Of a DNA stretch of 64,000 nt, positions 36,750-49,951 are shown piece after piece (the stretch's first letter is position 1; each line of letters starts with the position of its first letter). The stretch covers positions 11,534,001-11,598,000 of the forward strand of contig NC_087250.1 in NCBI RefSeq assembly GCF_037042905.1, in the 5' to 3' direction. This stretch comes from Lytechinus pictus (Eukaryota). The translations under genes and the position numbers were made by a program. The notes under the pieces were generated by a model. That model was not told the origin of the DNA. It worked only from the letters and a program-made list of their open reading frames with translations, and did not search any database.

Positions 36750-37000
36750 CAAACGATGGAGCAATCTCGATCTCTTGGAGTAGGGGGAAAAAAATCACTA
36801 GTGATTCTTAGGGTCCGTATTGATAAATCAATGCTAATCTCGTTTGTTGCGTCGGAATCGATGCACCTTAACAATCCCTGATAGATCTTAAAGATGAGGA
36901 CATCCCATCTCTCCCCTCAGACAGGGAGAGATCGAAACATTCCACAGTCAATTTACACTCGTTTAACAAGTGCTTACCCAGAGATCAATAAAGTCTAACC
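36750..37000. promoter_or_regulatory. Candidate Onecut-site cluster enhancer
   Basis: ATTGATAAATCAAT 36819-36832, TAATCT 36835, AATCGAT 36856, AACAAT 36870, ATCAATA 36984. Confidence 0.5.
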
Positions 37001-37450
37001 GACTTATCTTCCAATATATACTCTTTAAAGGCGACTTAATATCTTCCAATATGTACACTTTAAAGACGACTTATCTGCAAATATACAGGGCAACGCCTTG
37101 GAGGGAGCTTATTTTCTAAAAAGCACCCCAAAAGAGACTTATTTTCTTATTTCTTTACCTTAAAGGCAACTTTGATTCTTATATCCACACATTAAAGGCG
37201 ACTTATTTTCTTTTATATACAACTTAAAACAAACTTATATCCCAACAATGATGACTTATCTTCCAATATGTAAACATTAAACACAACCTATTGTCTTATA
37301 AGCACCCAAAAGGGACTTCTCTTCCATTATGTACACCTTAAAAGCAACTTATCTTCATATAGACCTTAAAGCTGACTTACATCCCAATATATTTAAACCT
37401 TATTGGTGACTTATTTGGCAATATACATACCTTACAGTCAACTTGAATCT
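37001..37450. repeat. Degenerate minisatellite of about 32 bp (about 14 units)
   Basis: Recurrent GACTTATCTTCCAATATATACACCTTAAAG-like unit. Confidence 0.8.
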
Positions 37451-40400
37451 TAACTTTAGATTGATTAATTTTGGGGATTTTTTTATCAAATATTCATTCC
37501 TCATAATAATCAAAAACATTTTTACCGAATTGAAAAGTGAAATTAAATTAACACTAAGTGTTTAAGAAGAAAGAAAATTTAATTAAAAGTTATCAGTCTA
37601 CGTGGTTGTTCATTTATACTTAATTCCATCTGACATTTTCAGATTCACATCTATGACCCACAGAGACTGGTTAACCCTATTTTTATTTGTTGAGCAGTTG
37701 ACAACTCCACAATCAATGTTTGTGTATGATCTGAAAGCAAAAGGTAACAAATTCTACTCATAGTATGCAGTGTTATCTAAGGCACTAAATCCATTTTGGA
37801 AATTGGATAACACCTTCTCTATATATTGTGCACATAGTAATGGAAAGATAAATACATGAATATGCTTGACATTCCCATGAATGTAGCAAAAGTCCTTTTT
37901 ACAACATGGAAAGCATGCTGGGGAGGGGGTATAGTCTCCAGACCAATATATCTGCATTGCACTGAAAACGGAGTTGAGACCCTTTGGCAGGCAACCCATT
38001 AGCACTATGGATATCAAATACACCATCAATCAAGTGCCTGTTACCACTCGTACTGTTTTTCCTTGATTTAATCTCAATTTTCAGGGGTAACGAGGTCTCC
38101 TCCGAAATAGGCTTGTGTCTGTTCACCTGTGCTACTGTACACATAGGGTACTCACACAGTTGATATATTAGTGATACGGTAGAGAGAGAGAGAGAGAGTA
38201 GAAAGACATGAAAGAGAGAGGTAGGGATGAAGAGGGGAAATTACTGAGCAAGTGAGGAAGAAGAGTGATAGAGAGAGAGTGGGGTTGGGGTTGGGGTTGG
38301 GGTGAGGGTAGTCTGCAGGCAAAGACCCTGATTGAAACTTTGATCAACAAGTGTGTCTCCACGCAAAGACTAGCACATACGAAACTTGCCGTTTCAATTC
38401 TGAGCGAGAGGGCCTTCAGTACACAAGGCATGAGTAGGCTGCAATTCAGACCCTTTACTCGAGTGAAGGGGGGGGGGGTGATGCAAAAGTTAGGAATAGA
38501 GAGTGAGTGAAAGAAGAAAGCAAGAGACGGAGAGAGGAATGGAGAAAGAAGAAAGCATGTCTCTATAGTAAAAGGGACAGAAAACAAGAAAGAGAGAGAG
38601 AGAATAACTGGGTGATTGTGGAGTTTGCACTGGCTGAGTGTGTTGGGAGATTCTGGTCCTTTTCTTGTTTGCACAGATATTTCTGGTGTACACACTCACA
38701 GCCTGAAATCACTACCACAATCATGTGTATAGAAAAAAATAATGAGGGGGGGGGTGTTAAAGAACATAAGTGTGTGACTAAAAACATTAGACGATAACAA
38801 TCAAACTAAGTATTCCACCTATATAAACCAAAAAATTTCTCAAGTATATTCAAATATTTAAAGAGTATATTAAACGATTCCTCAAATCGTACCATCCCTC
38901 AAGACCTTGAATGTTTGCCTTATTGGCTATAAGAATAAATAGTGTTAAAAAAGTGATATTACCATATAATTACAATATATAGAAAATGGTATTAGACCAA
39001 ACGTGCTTGGACAAAGTGAGATTACTGTAGTTCATTAGACCAAGTGGCATTTTGCTGTTTTGTTCAATACAGCCCTACAATGTAATATGACACTATGACT
39101 GAGAGGAGATAGTACCTTGGTGTAGTATTCTATTATCGCCCCCTGGCTTCTAAACACACATGTGTCTTTAATTAGGGTTGTTCTTCATGCATATTCCTTC
39201 CCTCTTCTCCCCGATTAAGTGGACGATGATCGCGCCCGAGGCCGCAAGGTGTACAGAACGTCTTACCCCCTCGCGAGTTCGCCTCATCAACGACGCTCTC
39301 CCCGGTCCGTGCCTCATCTTCGCTAGGGGGAGGTGGACAACATGGTTGAAGCTAAACACCGGTCTCTACCATACCGAGAAGCGGCCGGCGCATAACTTGA
39401 CGGTAAACGTTTTAACCCGCAAAGGAGGGTAGGGGGGCCCAAGAGATACCGTAAATATTGCCATCTTTGCAAGGTCACTCCCCCCTTTAAATAATTTAGA
39501 TCTTTAATTCCACATTATTTCCCTGATTTCAAAATAGTAGGTCAGATTTTCAGACATATAACATAGAAGGAAATACTTATCTTGCTCTTATTCTCCATGT
39601 AGGCTTAACAGCATAGAAGCACAACGTTTGAAATAGGGTCTAATTGAAATGCATTTTAACTACCTGTATTGTAATGCAATAACAAATCAAACAATTTCAA
39701 CCTACTGACTACTATATCTTGTAATTCCTATAGGCTATAATGTGAATTATTCTGTAAAAAAAAAACTAAAATGGTTCCAAGGTAAAGGTAAAAAAAGGGT
39801 TATTTCTCAAATTCTATGATTATCTTTGCATGAATTATATTACCTTTCATACGTATTACAAGCAATACCTTCTAAGATTGTGTTGAGTGATTTCACTCAA
39901 ATTTCACCCAGACACTTGGCAAGTCAGAGTATTCATGTATATACCACACAAAATAAATATACAATAGGGTTTAAGCCTATAACCATAATGGAATTTAATT
40001 TCAAACTATAAGGTCAAATTCCAGCTAGAAATACATGTACATCCCTACGTAGGGCTACCCATCATAGGCGGCAGGATGCCACGTACGCATCAAGCTTGAT
40101 TTTCATGACGAATTAAATATAAGAAGAGCTCAGAGATGAAACACGATGGCTGTACTGTCACTCATTGCGTATTCGGGCCCGGGGCCGAGCAAGGAACACC
40201 TGCTCGCGAGCGGGAATAATCGCGGTGTTCAAAATTCAGATGAGCGTCGTTATTTGGGTCCACGGGAGCCTGCGCCCCTCCGGGCTACGAAGGGGGGAAT
40301 CCTAGCTGCAGTGGGGGTCATTATAAAACCTCATATCGAGAGGATGCGCTTTATAATCCCTGCTCAGATCAAAAGACATATACCACTTAATCATCATCAT

Positions 40401-40831
40401 CTGCCCACTAAAGAGGGGATAAGATTTCCTGGAAAGGGGGATAGGAACGATGTCCAAACTTATCGACGACGACCCAAGATGGAGAAAGGATTAAATCTGT
40501 ATTACCTCAAATTGGCAATGCAATTTGCTAAACAAAAAGAAAGATTTAAAGTGCTCTAGATAGTCAATTGGCTTATTATTGTTTTAGGCTGTGGGTTTTC
40601 TTTTCCAACTTTAAGTTGTTATTTTAAACTATATCATATAAAAATGAAATAGCAAATAGAAAATCTAAAGAGACCAAAGGCTCGTATATTAGGCCCACAT
40701 CAAGCTGAGTTGGAAAATATGCAGTTGTTAAAGCAGGTCTAAAGAAGGAATATTATTATTAACTAAGTTTCAAAAAAAATTCTTTATGTTACTGTAAACA
40801 AATCACATTGGGCTAATGAAAATAGATAATG

Positions 40832-40866
<35 letters not shown>

Positions 40867-41265
40867 TTTATAATTTTTTTAAATTGATCAATATTTACTC
40901 ATCATATTTACGAATCATCAAATTTCATCTACACTGCCACATAAATAAATACAGATTATCTTCAATGAAACAATTTTCTCACACACTTTGTTGAAGGGGA
41001 CGTCAACCCCTTTAAAAATTGTCTGGACTTTGCCGTGGAGCTAACTGGCTCGCGATCGCCCGACCAAACCTTGTTTGCCCAGAGCTCGTATGACTGTGCT
41101 GATAGTACAAATGAGCGGCGCATGCAGCCCGTGTTTTCCCACAACATCCTCCGATGACGGTGGGCTAGCTGCTGCTGGGGGATGAGTGGGAGAGGGATAG
41201 ACCATGTAGTATATTATTGGGGGGAGAGAGGGGGAAAAGGACACAAGGGAGAGGAGAGAGAGATG

Positions 41266-41429
41266 AAATGAGAAAGAGAATAGGAATAAAAGAGGGAGTT
41301 ATACAGAAAGGATGCATTATACAATAAAAGAAATTTGGTAGAAAATGAGATAAAATGAGAAAGAGAATAGGGATAAAAAGAGAGTTATACAGAAAGGATG
41401 CATTTACAAGAAAAGAAATTTGGTAGAAA
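41266..41429. repeat. Tandem duplication with a period of about 87 bp
   Basis: AAATGAGAAAGAGAATAGG...GTTATACAGAAAGGATGCATT...AGAAATTTGGTAGAAA occurs twice. Confidence 0.85.
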
Positions 41430-44400
41430 GGTAACCCAATACAGATAACAAGTGTAAGTTAAAGAGATGAGAGAGAGAGGGAGAGAGCCACATACACAAT
41501 CAGGTGATTAAGCATTCAAGATTAAAGCAAGCATGAGAAGAAAAAAAAATATATATACATATCAAGTTTCCATGTAGTACATCATATCTGCATGCATTCA
41601 AAGATAAAAGAAAATAAGAGAAATAATAGTTACTGATAGGTGTACTAGCTGCAATTAAAAAAAAAAGCAGACCATTTTCATCCATTTTTTAGATGGAGGA
41701 CAGAAAGGGCACATGTATGCAGAAAGACTACAGTATCAAAACAAATGGTAACAAAGCACATGTACATGTATACAATTTGAGGACAAAAAATGGTTCTGAA
41801 AGTGAGAAAGAGAAAGAGAAAGGAAAAGAGAAGGGTATTAAATAAAATGAAGAAAGGGGGTGAATATGGTCTGAATTAAAGGCACGTGGCTTGTGTTTGC
41901 ACAAGGCATGGAAAGCTTTCACACCGACGACGGACACTCAATATTTACTCACGGGCTCTGAGTTTACTCAGCACGTTGAAATGCTTTTTTTGGTCCATGT
42001 ATGTGTTCTCTTCTTCTCTCTCCCCTTCTCCATCGCTTTCTCCCTTTCTATCTCTGTGTGTATGTGTGTGTATGTTTTGCATATGGAGAGTTCACACAGA
42101 ACTATCTCACTGTGTCTCTCAATCTCCCCTCTCTTTCCCTTTCTCCCTTCTCATAACCCAATTTTGAAATGCTTTTTTGTCTATGTATGTATTCTCTTCT
42201 TCTCTCTCTCTCCATGTGTGTGTGTGTGTGTGTGTATACATATATCTATACATACATATACATATGCGTGAGTACGTGTGTGTGTCTGTTTCTCTATTAA
42301 CAGTTCACACAGTACAACTACAACACACTGCAGTTTTCACTCACCCCCTACCCCTCTCTCTTTCTCTATCTCTGTTTCTCCATAACAGTTCACACAGAAA
42401 TAAAGCACCTACTTTTTCTCTCACTCACTCACATCCTCTCCCTTCCTCTTTCCCCCTTCAATCATAAAAAAAAATCTATTTCAATACACTGTAGTATGTC
42501 CAAGCCGGACGGCTCCTTTCAACAAGAAGAAATTTGCTGCAACTGAAACTGCAAAATTGCAGCAGAACTCTTCAGGATTGTCACAATTTTCTTGCAACAC
42601 CCTGTAGGCTAGTCTGCCGTTCTTTGGCAAAAGGAAGCAAGTTACAAAAGTATCATCTGTTGTAAATGAGCAATGTGTGTTCGTCATTTTACATAGGCAT
42701 CAATGCAATATAACAGCATATTTTCTTCAATATCTTTCCATAGAACGATAATTTCTTCCCCAAATTTTGCCTGAACGCGCAACATACAAAGGGTGTTTCA
42801 GAAACAATAACTCAAATTTGACTGATGTGTCACTTGCTTCCTTTTGCCAAAGTAGGGCAGTACTGCTTCTATGATATCATCTCTTCTTTCTCTCTCTCTC
42901 TCTATCACCTCCATTCACTAAATTGGACAGTACCTTTACCTCATCACAGTGTTTTCTTTTAAGGTATCCCCAAAGAGGAAACGTAATTTTATTTGCTTGT
43001 CCGACCGTGAAGCTAGAAGCTTAAAATCACCATCCCCGTCCCTCACTGTACACTGCATCTAATAGGAGTGACATTGTACAGTGTTTATCTCTCGACATCA
43101 TGCATTGTCTAAGTATTCTGCGATGTTGTGTACAAATGGAATTACTACACACATGTCTTAGCCAAATATTTCCTGTTGAAACTGTGCTATAGAGCATATA
43201 GGCCTACAGATGGGTTTTTCTTATTACATCCAGTTGTACACTGAAAGAGAAGTATGTCGATGAGTCCCCAAAAGTTTAGTATGGTGCTATCTTTGTCACT
43301 ATAGTTTAAGCAAAAGGGATTGATTCCAAGGGAAAGAATTTGGCTCTTAAACAAAAGTAATTCTTAAATGTTTCTTATTCTTAGTCTTTATCATTTAAAT
43401 TTTTATCTATTAATTCATTTTATAAATCTATAAATACAAAATTTTATGGGGAATTAGTTTCCAGAATAGTAACATTGCCTCATGAAAAAAAAAATGAAAT
43501 ACCCGTTTCATCAATATGGAAAAAGTTGGGGAAAATTCTTTTAGAATCTCAACCTTTCCTTCTTTATGAAGATAACAGATAAGAATCATGGGAAAATACT
43601 CATTTGGGTACAAGTCATATATTCATGGGAAATTACATACTTTTTCACTAATGATCGGCCAAGCATTTAATTGTATTTCAGAAGATCCAATTTTTAATGT
43701 GACAAACAATATGATGGCTTCATAAAGAGATCAAAGTGATGAGAACAAAATATTTGATTGCATGGCAAGAATAAGTCATGAATATGTATTTATCCAGAAT
43801 TCAACCACTGATAATGAAATGGAAGTTAAATTAGCTTGTTTTGTAACAATCACACTTTTTCATTTTCTTAAGGAAAGAGTAAAACAATATTATTTTAAAT
43901 TGTATAAGAAAGCTACGAATATGGAAAAGTCCATACAATATTTCTAAAAATGTATATATTAAAAAGCTAAATATAGTTAACAATTAGACTTATTCTTTAT
44001 ATCAAGCTTTAAAAAATGATAGCATTAGTTTTCCTCATACAGTTCAATTGGTTTTGCATCATACCATAAAAAAAACTCATAGGCCTTTTAATACTGGGAT
44101 TAGAAATTACATCACAGCATAGCAGGTGGAAGCAGAGGTTTAACTTCAAAATAAAGAGGCAAGTTCTTGGTACTGAATCCTTAAAAGTGGCGAAATGTCT
44201 TATATTGCTTGAATGCTTCACAGAATTAATTATATACAGTGAAGTTGCAGTATCATGACTATGCTTAGTCATCTATGGCAGGCCTACAAGTAGGTTATAA
44301 TAGGTCATTGCTGTAAGTAATGCAATACTATGGGTAATTGTGTTCAGAGACAACTGATGAAAGTTTTTGTTAGTGCCCCCCGATATTTTTTCCATCGAAC

Positions 44401-47400
44401 TACCATAAAATATGGATGTAACAAGAAGTTTCCCCAAAAGTCTAATTTTCTCGACTGTTCATGTTTATTCTGTCGTAAGACTATGTTTGTAAATATGCCC
44501 CACATACTGTGGTCATCCAGCCAGCCATATTCATATTTAAAAGAAATAAAAAAAAAAACACACACACAATGGAAATATATAAAGCAGAAAGCAAGATGAA
44601 GAGAGATAGATGGGGGAAGAGAAAAATAAAAATGAAAAAAAGAAAAGACAACTACTTATTTCAAGAAATCCTTGATACAGAAAGAAAAGTGCAGAAATAA
44701 GATGAAAAGACCCAAAAATGAAAAGCAAACATAAAAAGGCATGGACAGAGAGAGAAAGAGGGCTTGAAAATAATTATAATTTAAGGGAGATGGGGAACTT
44801 GAAATACCGAAGACTACAAAAAAATGAAAGTAAAAAATAATACAACCTCCTCCATAGACATCTATGCTTAACCAAGGCAAGCGGTCGGAACTTAATGAAT
44901 GTTAATTGTTTGCAATAGGGGACTACGGCAGGCATTTAATTAAAGATTCTTAGCATCAGCCTATTCCTCCATTCATGAATGCCTCGCACTGGATCTGTGT
45001 AGTCCCACGTGGAGTCTTTTCAGCTGGGTTTTATATTGTGAGTTACAGACAGGTGCATGTGTATTATCTCCTGGACAATGGACGTGTCTGGCTATGGGGG
45101 TGCCCATTGAGCAGGCATAGCAGGGCTTCTTTATTCAACTTCCTATCCACTAGCTTATTATCCAGCAAAAGAGGGAAAATTTAATCTTGTTATACACTGC
45201 CCAACTGCATTAAATGAGCTTTATCTTGGTTGCAATAGTCAATGAAATTGAAGTAGCAAAAAAAAAAAAATGGTGACTGGCATAAATAAAAGAAACTATT
45301 TTGTTTAAATTAACCTGTAATTTTAATTCTAAGAAAAAATACACATCTTATCATTTCCATTTCATAACACCTTCAAAGTCTATTCATTTAATGAAAATAT
45401 ATTTTTCTGTTTAGATTGAATATAAAAGACACCCCTAAATATTCAAACAAATCTTCAAGCTTTTTGTTGGTGGGGGAATATTGTTTCGTATTTAAGTTGA
45501 TAACCCCTCCTCAAACAAATGACCTAATGAGAAAAATGTGTTACACTGCAATTACATGTAACCTTCTGCAAGAATGCTAACAAGCTAGCATTCTAGCATA
45601 GTCATATATATATATTTAAAAAATATCAGATGTGAAGCATTAAAATTGTACAAAAATATACCAAAGCCCCACAATGAGCCACCCTAAATTCAAGTAAAAT
45701 TTTTAATGCTGTTCCTAAATATGCTTTCGATGTATGCTGCCAGAGACAGGCTTTTGCTCCAACTTATAATCTTATAAAATGTACAATGCATACTTAAATG
45801 ATGGTTAACTAAATATGTCAATTTCTCCATTAATTGTTCTTTGTCTGTGCATTAAACTTCAATTTCCACTAGAAGATACACTATTATGATACCCAAGCCT
45901 CAAAGAGGATCGTTGATAATAAACTAACCAATACCCCCCCCCCTCCAACCACCACCAAACACAAAGGAGAACCAAAAAGCATTTAACAGAGCAATTACCC
46001 ATTTTAATAGTCTATTGAATACCCACAATGGGGTTAGAATGCTTTGATGCATAGTAGCATGTCATGTCTAATAATGACAAGGTCTCATTTTATTAAATAT
46101 TTGTAGTAATTGGTGATCCAAAATTGAATGAACTAGCAGCACCTGAAATTGAAATATTTTGATTGTTTGGCTGAATGAAAGTGGGATTAAATATTCATTG
46201 ATTATGAATAGTTAACCAATCACTTAAGGAAATGCACATCAATAATTTATTGGCCAGTCGAATGCAAGCAACAATGATAGTATCAATTAATTTCCAGTTA
46301 ATCAAATGACCTTTTTATCTGTATCTCTCTCTCTCTCTCTCTCACCATTGCATTCGAACATTCTAATAAGATTCTAAAAAGTATTGTATTGCATTGTGTT
46401 GTCATTTAATTTCTTTAATTCTCTTTCACTGTCTCTCCCTTTCTGTCTCTATCTCTCTTTCTTTCTATCTCTAACTCTCCGCCTTTCTTTCTTTCTCTCA
46501 CATTTCTTCCTTTTTCCTATTCCCCCAAACAATGATAAAATGTTACATATTCCTTCTTTCAAACCTTATACAGGCCTCAACATATCAAATGTACTGTGAA
46601 GGCAGTATCGTCTTTATTGTACAATGGAGGAATAAAACTAAACATAAGTTGTTTCTAAAAACTGATTGGAGATCAATAAAATATACTGATAACATAACAA
46701 ATAAATTGGAGTTGAGTGTTAGTTAGTCATGCAACAAGCAGCCATTTTTTGTTAGTGAACCTTGCGTACCGGTATGTGGTTATTTTACCAATAAGCCCCT
46801 GTATCCGTAAATAAAGTAAATATCATTGGTTAATTATCCCCGCTGTATAACGATGGTGGATGATTATATAATGAAATATGATTTATTCTTTTTGTGAAGA
46901 GATAGGAGTATATTATTATATAGATGAAAAAAGAAGAAAAAATTCCTTTGGACTTTGAACCCTAATGTTCATTTTTTTTAAAGAAGCATGCTGATGATGA
47001 TGTATGGATAGCCATGAACTGCCTGCAATAAAGACATAAGTGCCAAGCATCGACCGCAAGGTATCTGCAAAAGGTTGTAACTCTGCTAAACAGGTATATA
47101 AACGTATCTGCAGCGGGAAGGATACCTGTTCAACCTTCTGCCCGGTAACTTAGCGGGAAGGTGCCAAGCACTTATGCCCTTTTGCCAGACAATGAAAATG
47201 ATGAAGTATTGCTGAATAGGGTACTCACACTTGAGAATCTGAGGTATTTGAGATCCGGCCATGGACGAGCCTACAGGGTTTGGGGAGAACAATAGCGAAA
47301 TGAGCAATTTGGAGCTTTAAAAAATGTTAGTAGTAATAGTAATTATAATGATATCATCTAGATTCATGTGCGTATTTCTACTTCAAAATGAGGCTTAAAG

Positions 47401-47444
47401 GACACTGAAGTTTAATAGTTCTGATCTAGCACAGCGACATTGTA

Positions 47445-47718
47445 AGCATGCAAGCACAAACTGGCCGTATCAGGTATCTATTTCTACTCCCGGATAGAGA
47501 GTGGCCAAAGTTTAAAAGTGATAATTTCGGATTCGGCACTGTGAGGTAATGAGCATGCAAGTACTAAATCCTATCAGGTATTTATTTCTACTCCCGGGTG
47601 GAGAGTGACTTAAGTGTACTAATTTCAGATTTGCTACAGTAACGCTACATACATGTTCATGCAAGTACTAAATCCTATCAGGTATCAATTTTCCACTCCT
47701 GGATGGAGAGTGGCAAAA
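47445..47718 (-). repeat. Tandem triplication of a SINE core fragment
   Basis: CATGCAAG...TATCAGGTAT...TACTCCCGG..GAGAGTG three times; resembles the core of the SINE at 49681-49951. Confidence 0.65.
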
Positions 47719-49680
47719 GATTCATGCATTGACAAAAAACTTTAATTCGGCCTACATGACATAAACCTACTGTGAACAAATTTACAATGAAGACAATAAA
47801 TAGTTGATATATCCCTTCAAGATGAGCAGATAGACCAAGGCTGTCACGTATCCGAAGCTTAACCTCGTTACTATAGCGATACCCATCCCATCATCCCTAT
47901 TTCTCAACCTGTGGATTGGTTAAATATGGCGGCTCAATCGTCGCCGACCCATCAGAGACATAATTCCTATCCCCTCCTTACGAGTGCATGGGCCAATTAG
48001 CTTAATTATAGAATTGAGCGGTTTCACCTAAATCTTTTGAATGCAGGAATCGGGATGGTAATTCACATGTAGGACAGGTACCAGATAGAGGTTTCACCAT
48101 TTTACCCGTTCCCTACTCACAATTTTTTGTATTTTCTTGAGTTTTGGTGATTTTAAATCATTATAAACATCCTTTTCCATCAATTCATTCATTTGCATAA
48201 TTGTTACCAAATATTCATTCATTCATTTACTCATTCAAATAGTCCATTGTCTCATTCATCCATTAAACCTATATTAATAATGCATTCACGTTTTCATTTA
48301 TTTATATATTTTAATAATTTATCTATCTATTTACATCATCAAAAAGGCATAATATATTGCATTAATGGATTTCTGTATCTTTAGGCCTACATCTGATGTA
48401 AAAGTGACAAAGCAGGATTTACAGTACATGTACATGTATATATGGGACCGAGGCGGACACTGAACACATGGAAGAGTACTGGATAGCATTGGCTGAACAT
48501 CTTGCATTTTATGAAATGCTCAGGCATGTGCGATGGATGGCCAGGAAGTTTAAAGGAAGAACGTACATAACTGATAATAATTGGGGTCATGCGCCGACTG
48601 GGGAGGTAAACACAGTCGCTAAACACAGGCCGTGCAAAATTAGTGTGTTTGTCGCTTCCACATGCACGGCACACAGGAACGTGTGGACGAAGAGGACGCG
48701 GGCGGAATTTACGACGAGCAAACTCTCGGAGGATGCCAACAGTATAGGGTATTGCTTGCAGAGTGTAGTCTATCCCTCACAGACATTCCTTTTGATAGTA
48801 CTACAGTACATACATCATATACTATGCTCACCATCCCTCCATCTAATTAGGGTATGCATACTTGTTACCTCCTTAAGCACCCCTTTGCTGTAGTCTGTTG
48901 CTATGTCAGATTACTTGCAGTGATAATTTTATAACAGACACATAGTTCCAATTTTTTTCTCAATTTTTGAATATATATTATCAAACGGCAACAAGACAAA
49001 GTGTCAGAAAAATCCGTTAATAATAATAATAATGATCTGGTTTTGAATAGTGCTCAATACATTCATCAGAACAACGTCTCTGACTCTAAGTGCATAATAA
49101 TATACCATTACGCCAGCTATTAGATTTTGCCTTGCCTGCACACAAGATACCATATACACTTTCTCCGCACCCTGGGGAACTTTTGAGCTAGATTTACCTA
49201 TAATCAATTGCTAAAATATTAACTGACATGCACCAGTTCATTTAACCTTGAAAAATCTTGTTTGAAATTGGTCTAATTGACGAGACTAGATGCGCAGAGT
49301 CTAGGGATAAAGCATATTTGCTCCCATTTTTACGCGCCTTATGGTGAGGAAAGGTACCGAGATAGAAATACTAGGTAAATGAATTGATTTCCCCCAGTCT
49401 CAATGACTTAAAGGAAAGGTTTCCACTTAAATATGCTAATCAATTTTTATACTCTACCACATTCACTTTTAAGTTGATTTTTGGGCTCATAAGCCTACCC
49501 TGGCTACTGGAGTGAATTGTAGAGACAATCTATGTATGTCATTAGTATAAAATTATGTGAAAAACTGCTTACACGCAATAAATATAATATTTAAATGTGT
49601 AGGGATATTCTTTAAGAATTCTAAAGTAATTTTTTTTTTATATTCAAAATCTCCCCATCCCGTCTCTTTTAGTTGCCCTA

Positions 49681-49951
49681 ATAATAAAATGCAACATTTA
49701 TATAGCGCTTAATACAAATGTTTCTAAGCGCTGCATACTATTACCCCGGCTTTAGCACGGCTACCCTGATCGGGTGCATCGAGCATTCCAGGCATTCCTT
49801 CCTTCCGTTACCCATTTACTACACCCGGGTGAAGAGTGGCAAATGTAGATAAACGCCTAGCCAAAGGACGAGAGTGCTGCGGTGGGATTTGAACCCCGGA
49901 CCTTGTGGTTCAAAGTCCGGAGACTTATCCACCGAGCCACAACACCTCCAC
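49681..49951 (-). mobile_element. tRNA-derived SINE, related to 15399-15706
   Basis: Minus-strand head GTGGAGGTGTTGTGGCTCGGTGGATAAGTCTCCGGACTTTGAACC...GGTTCAAATCCC, Deu-like core, AAGCGCTATATAAAT tail. Confidence 0.85.

Noticed and set aside
37001..37450. Regularly spaced repeats resembling a CRISPR array
   Set aside because: Units are degenerate along their whole length with no constant repeat plus unique spacer; eukaryotic intron; no cas genes
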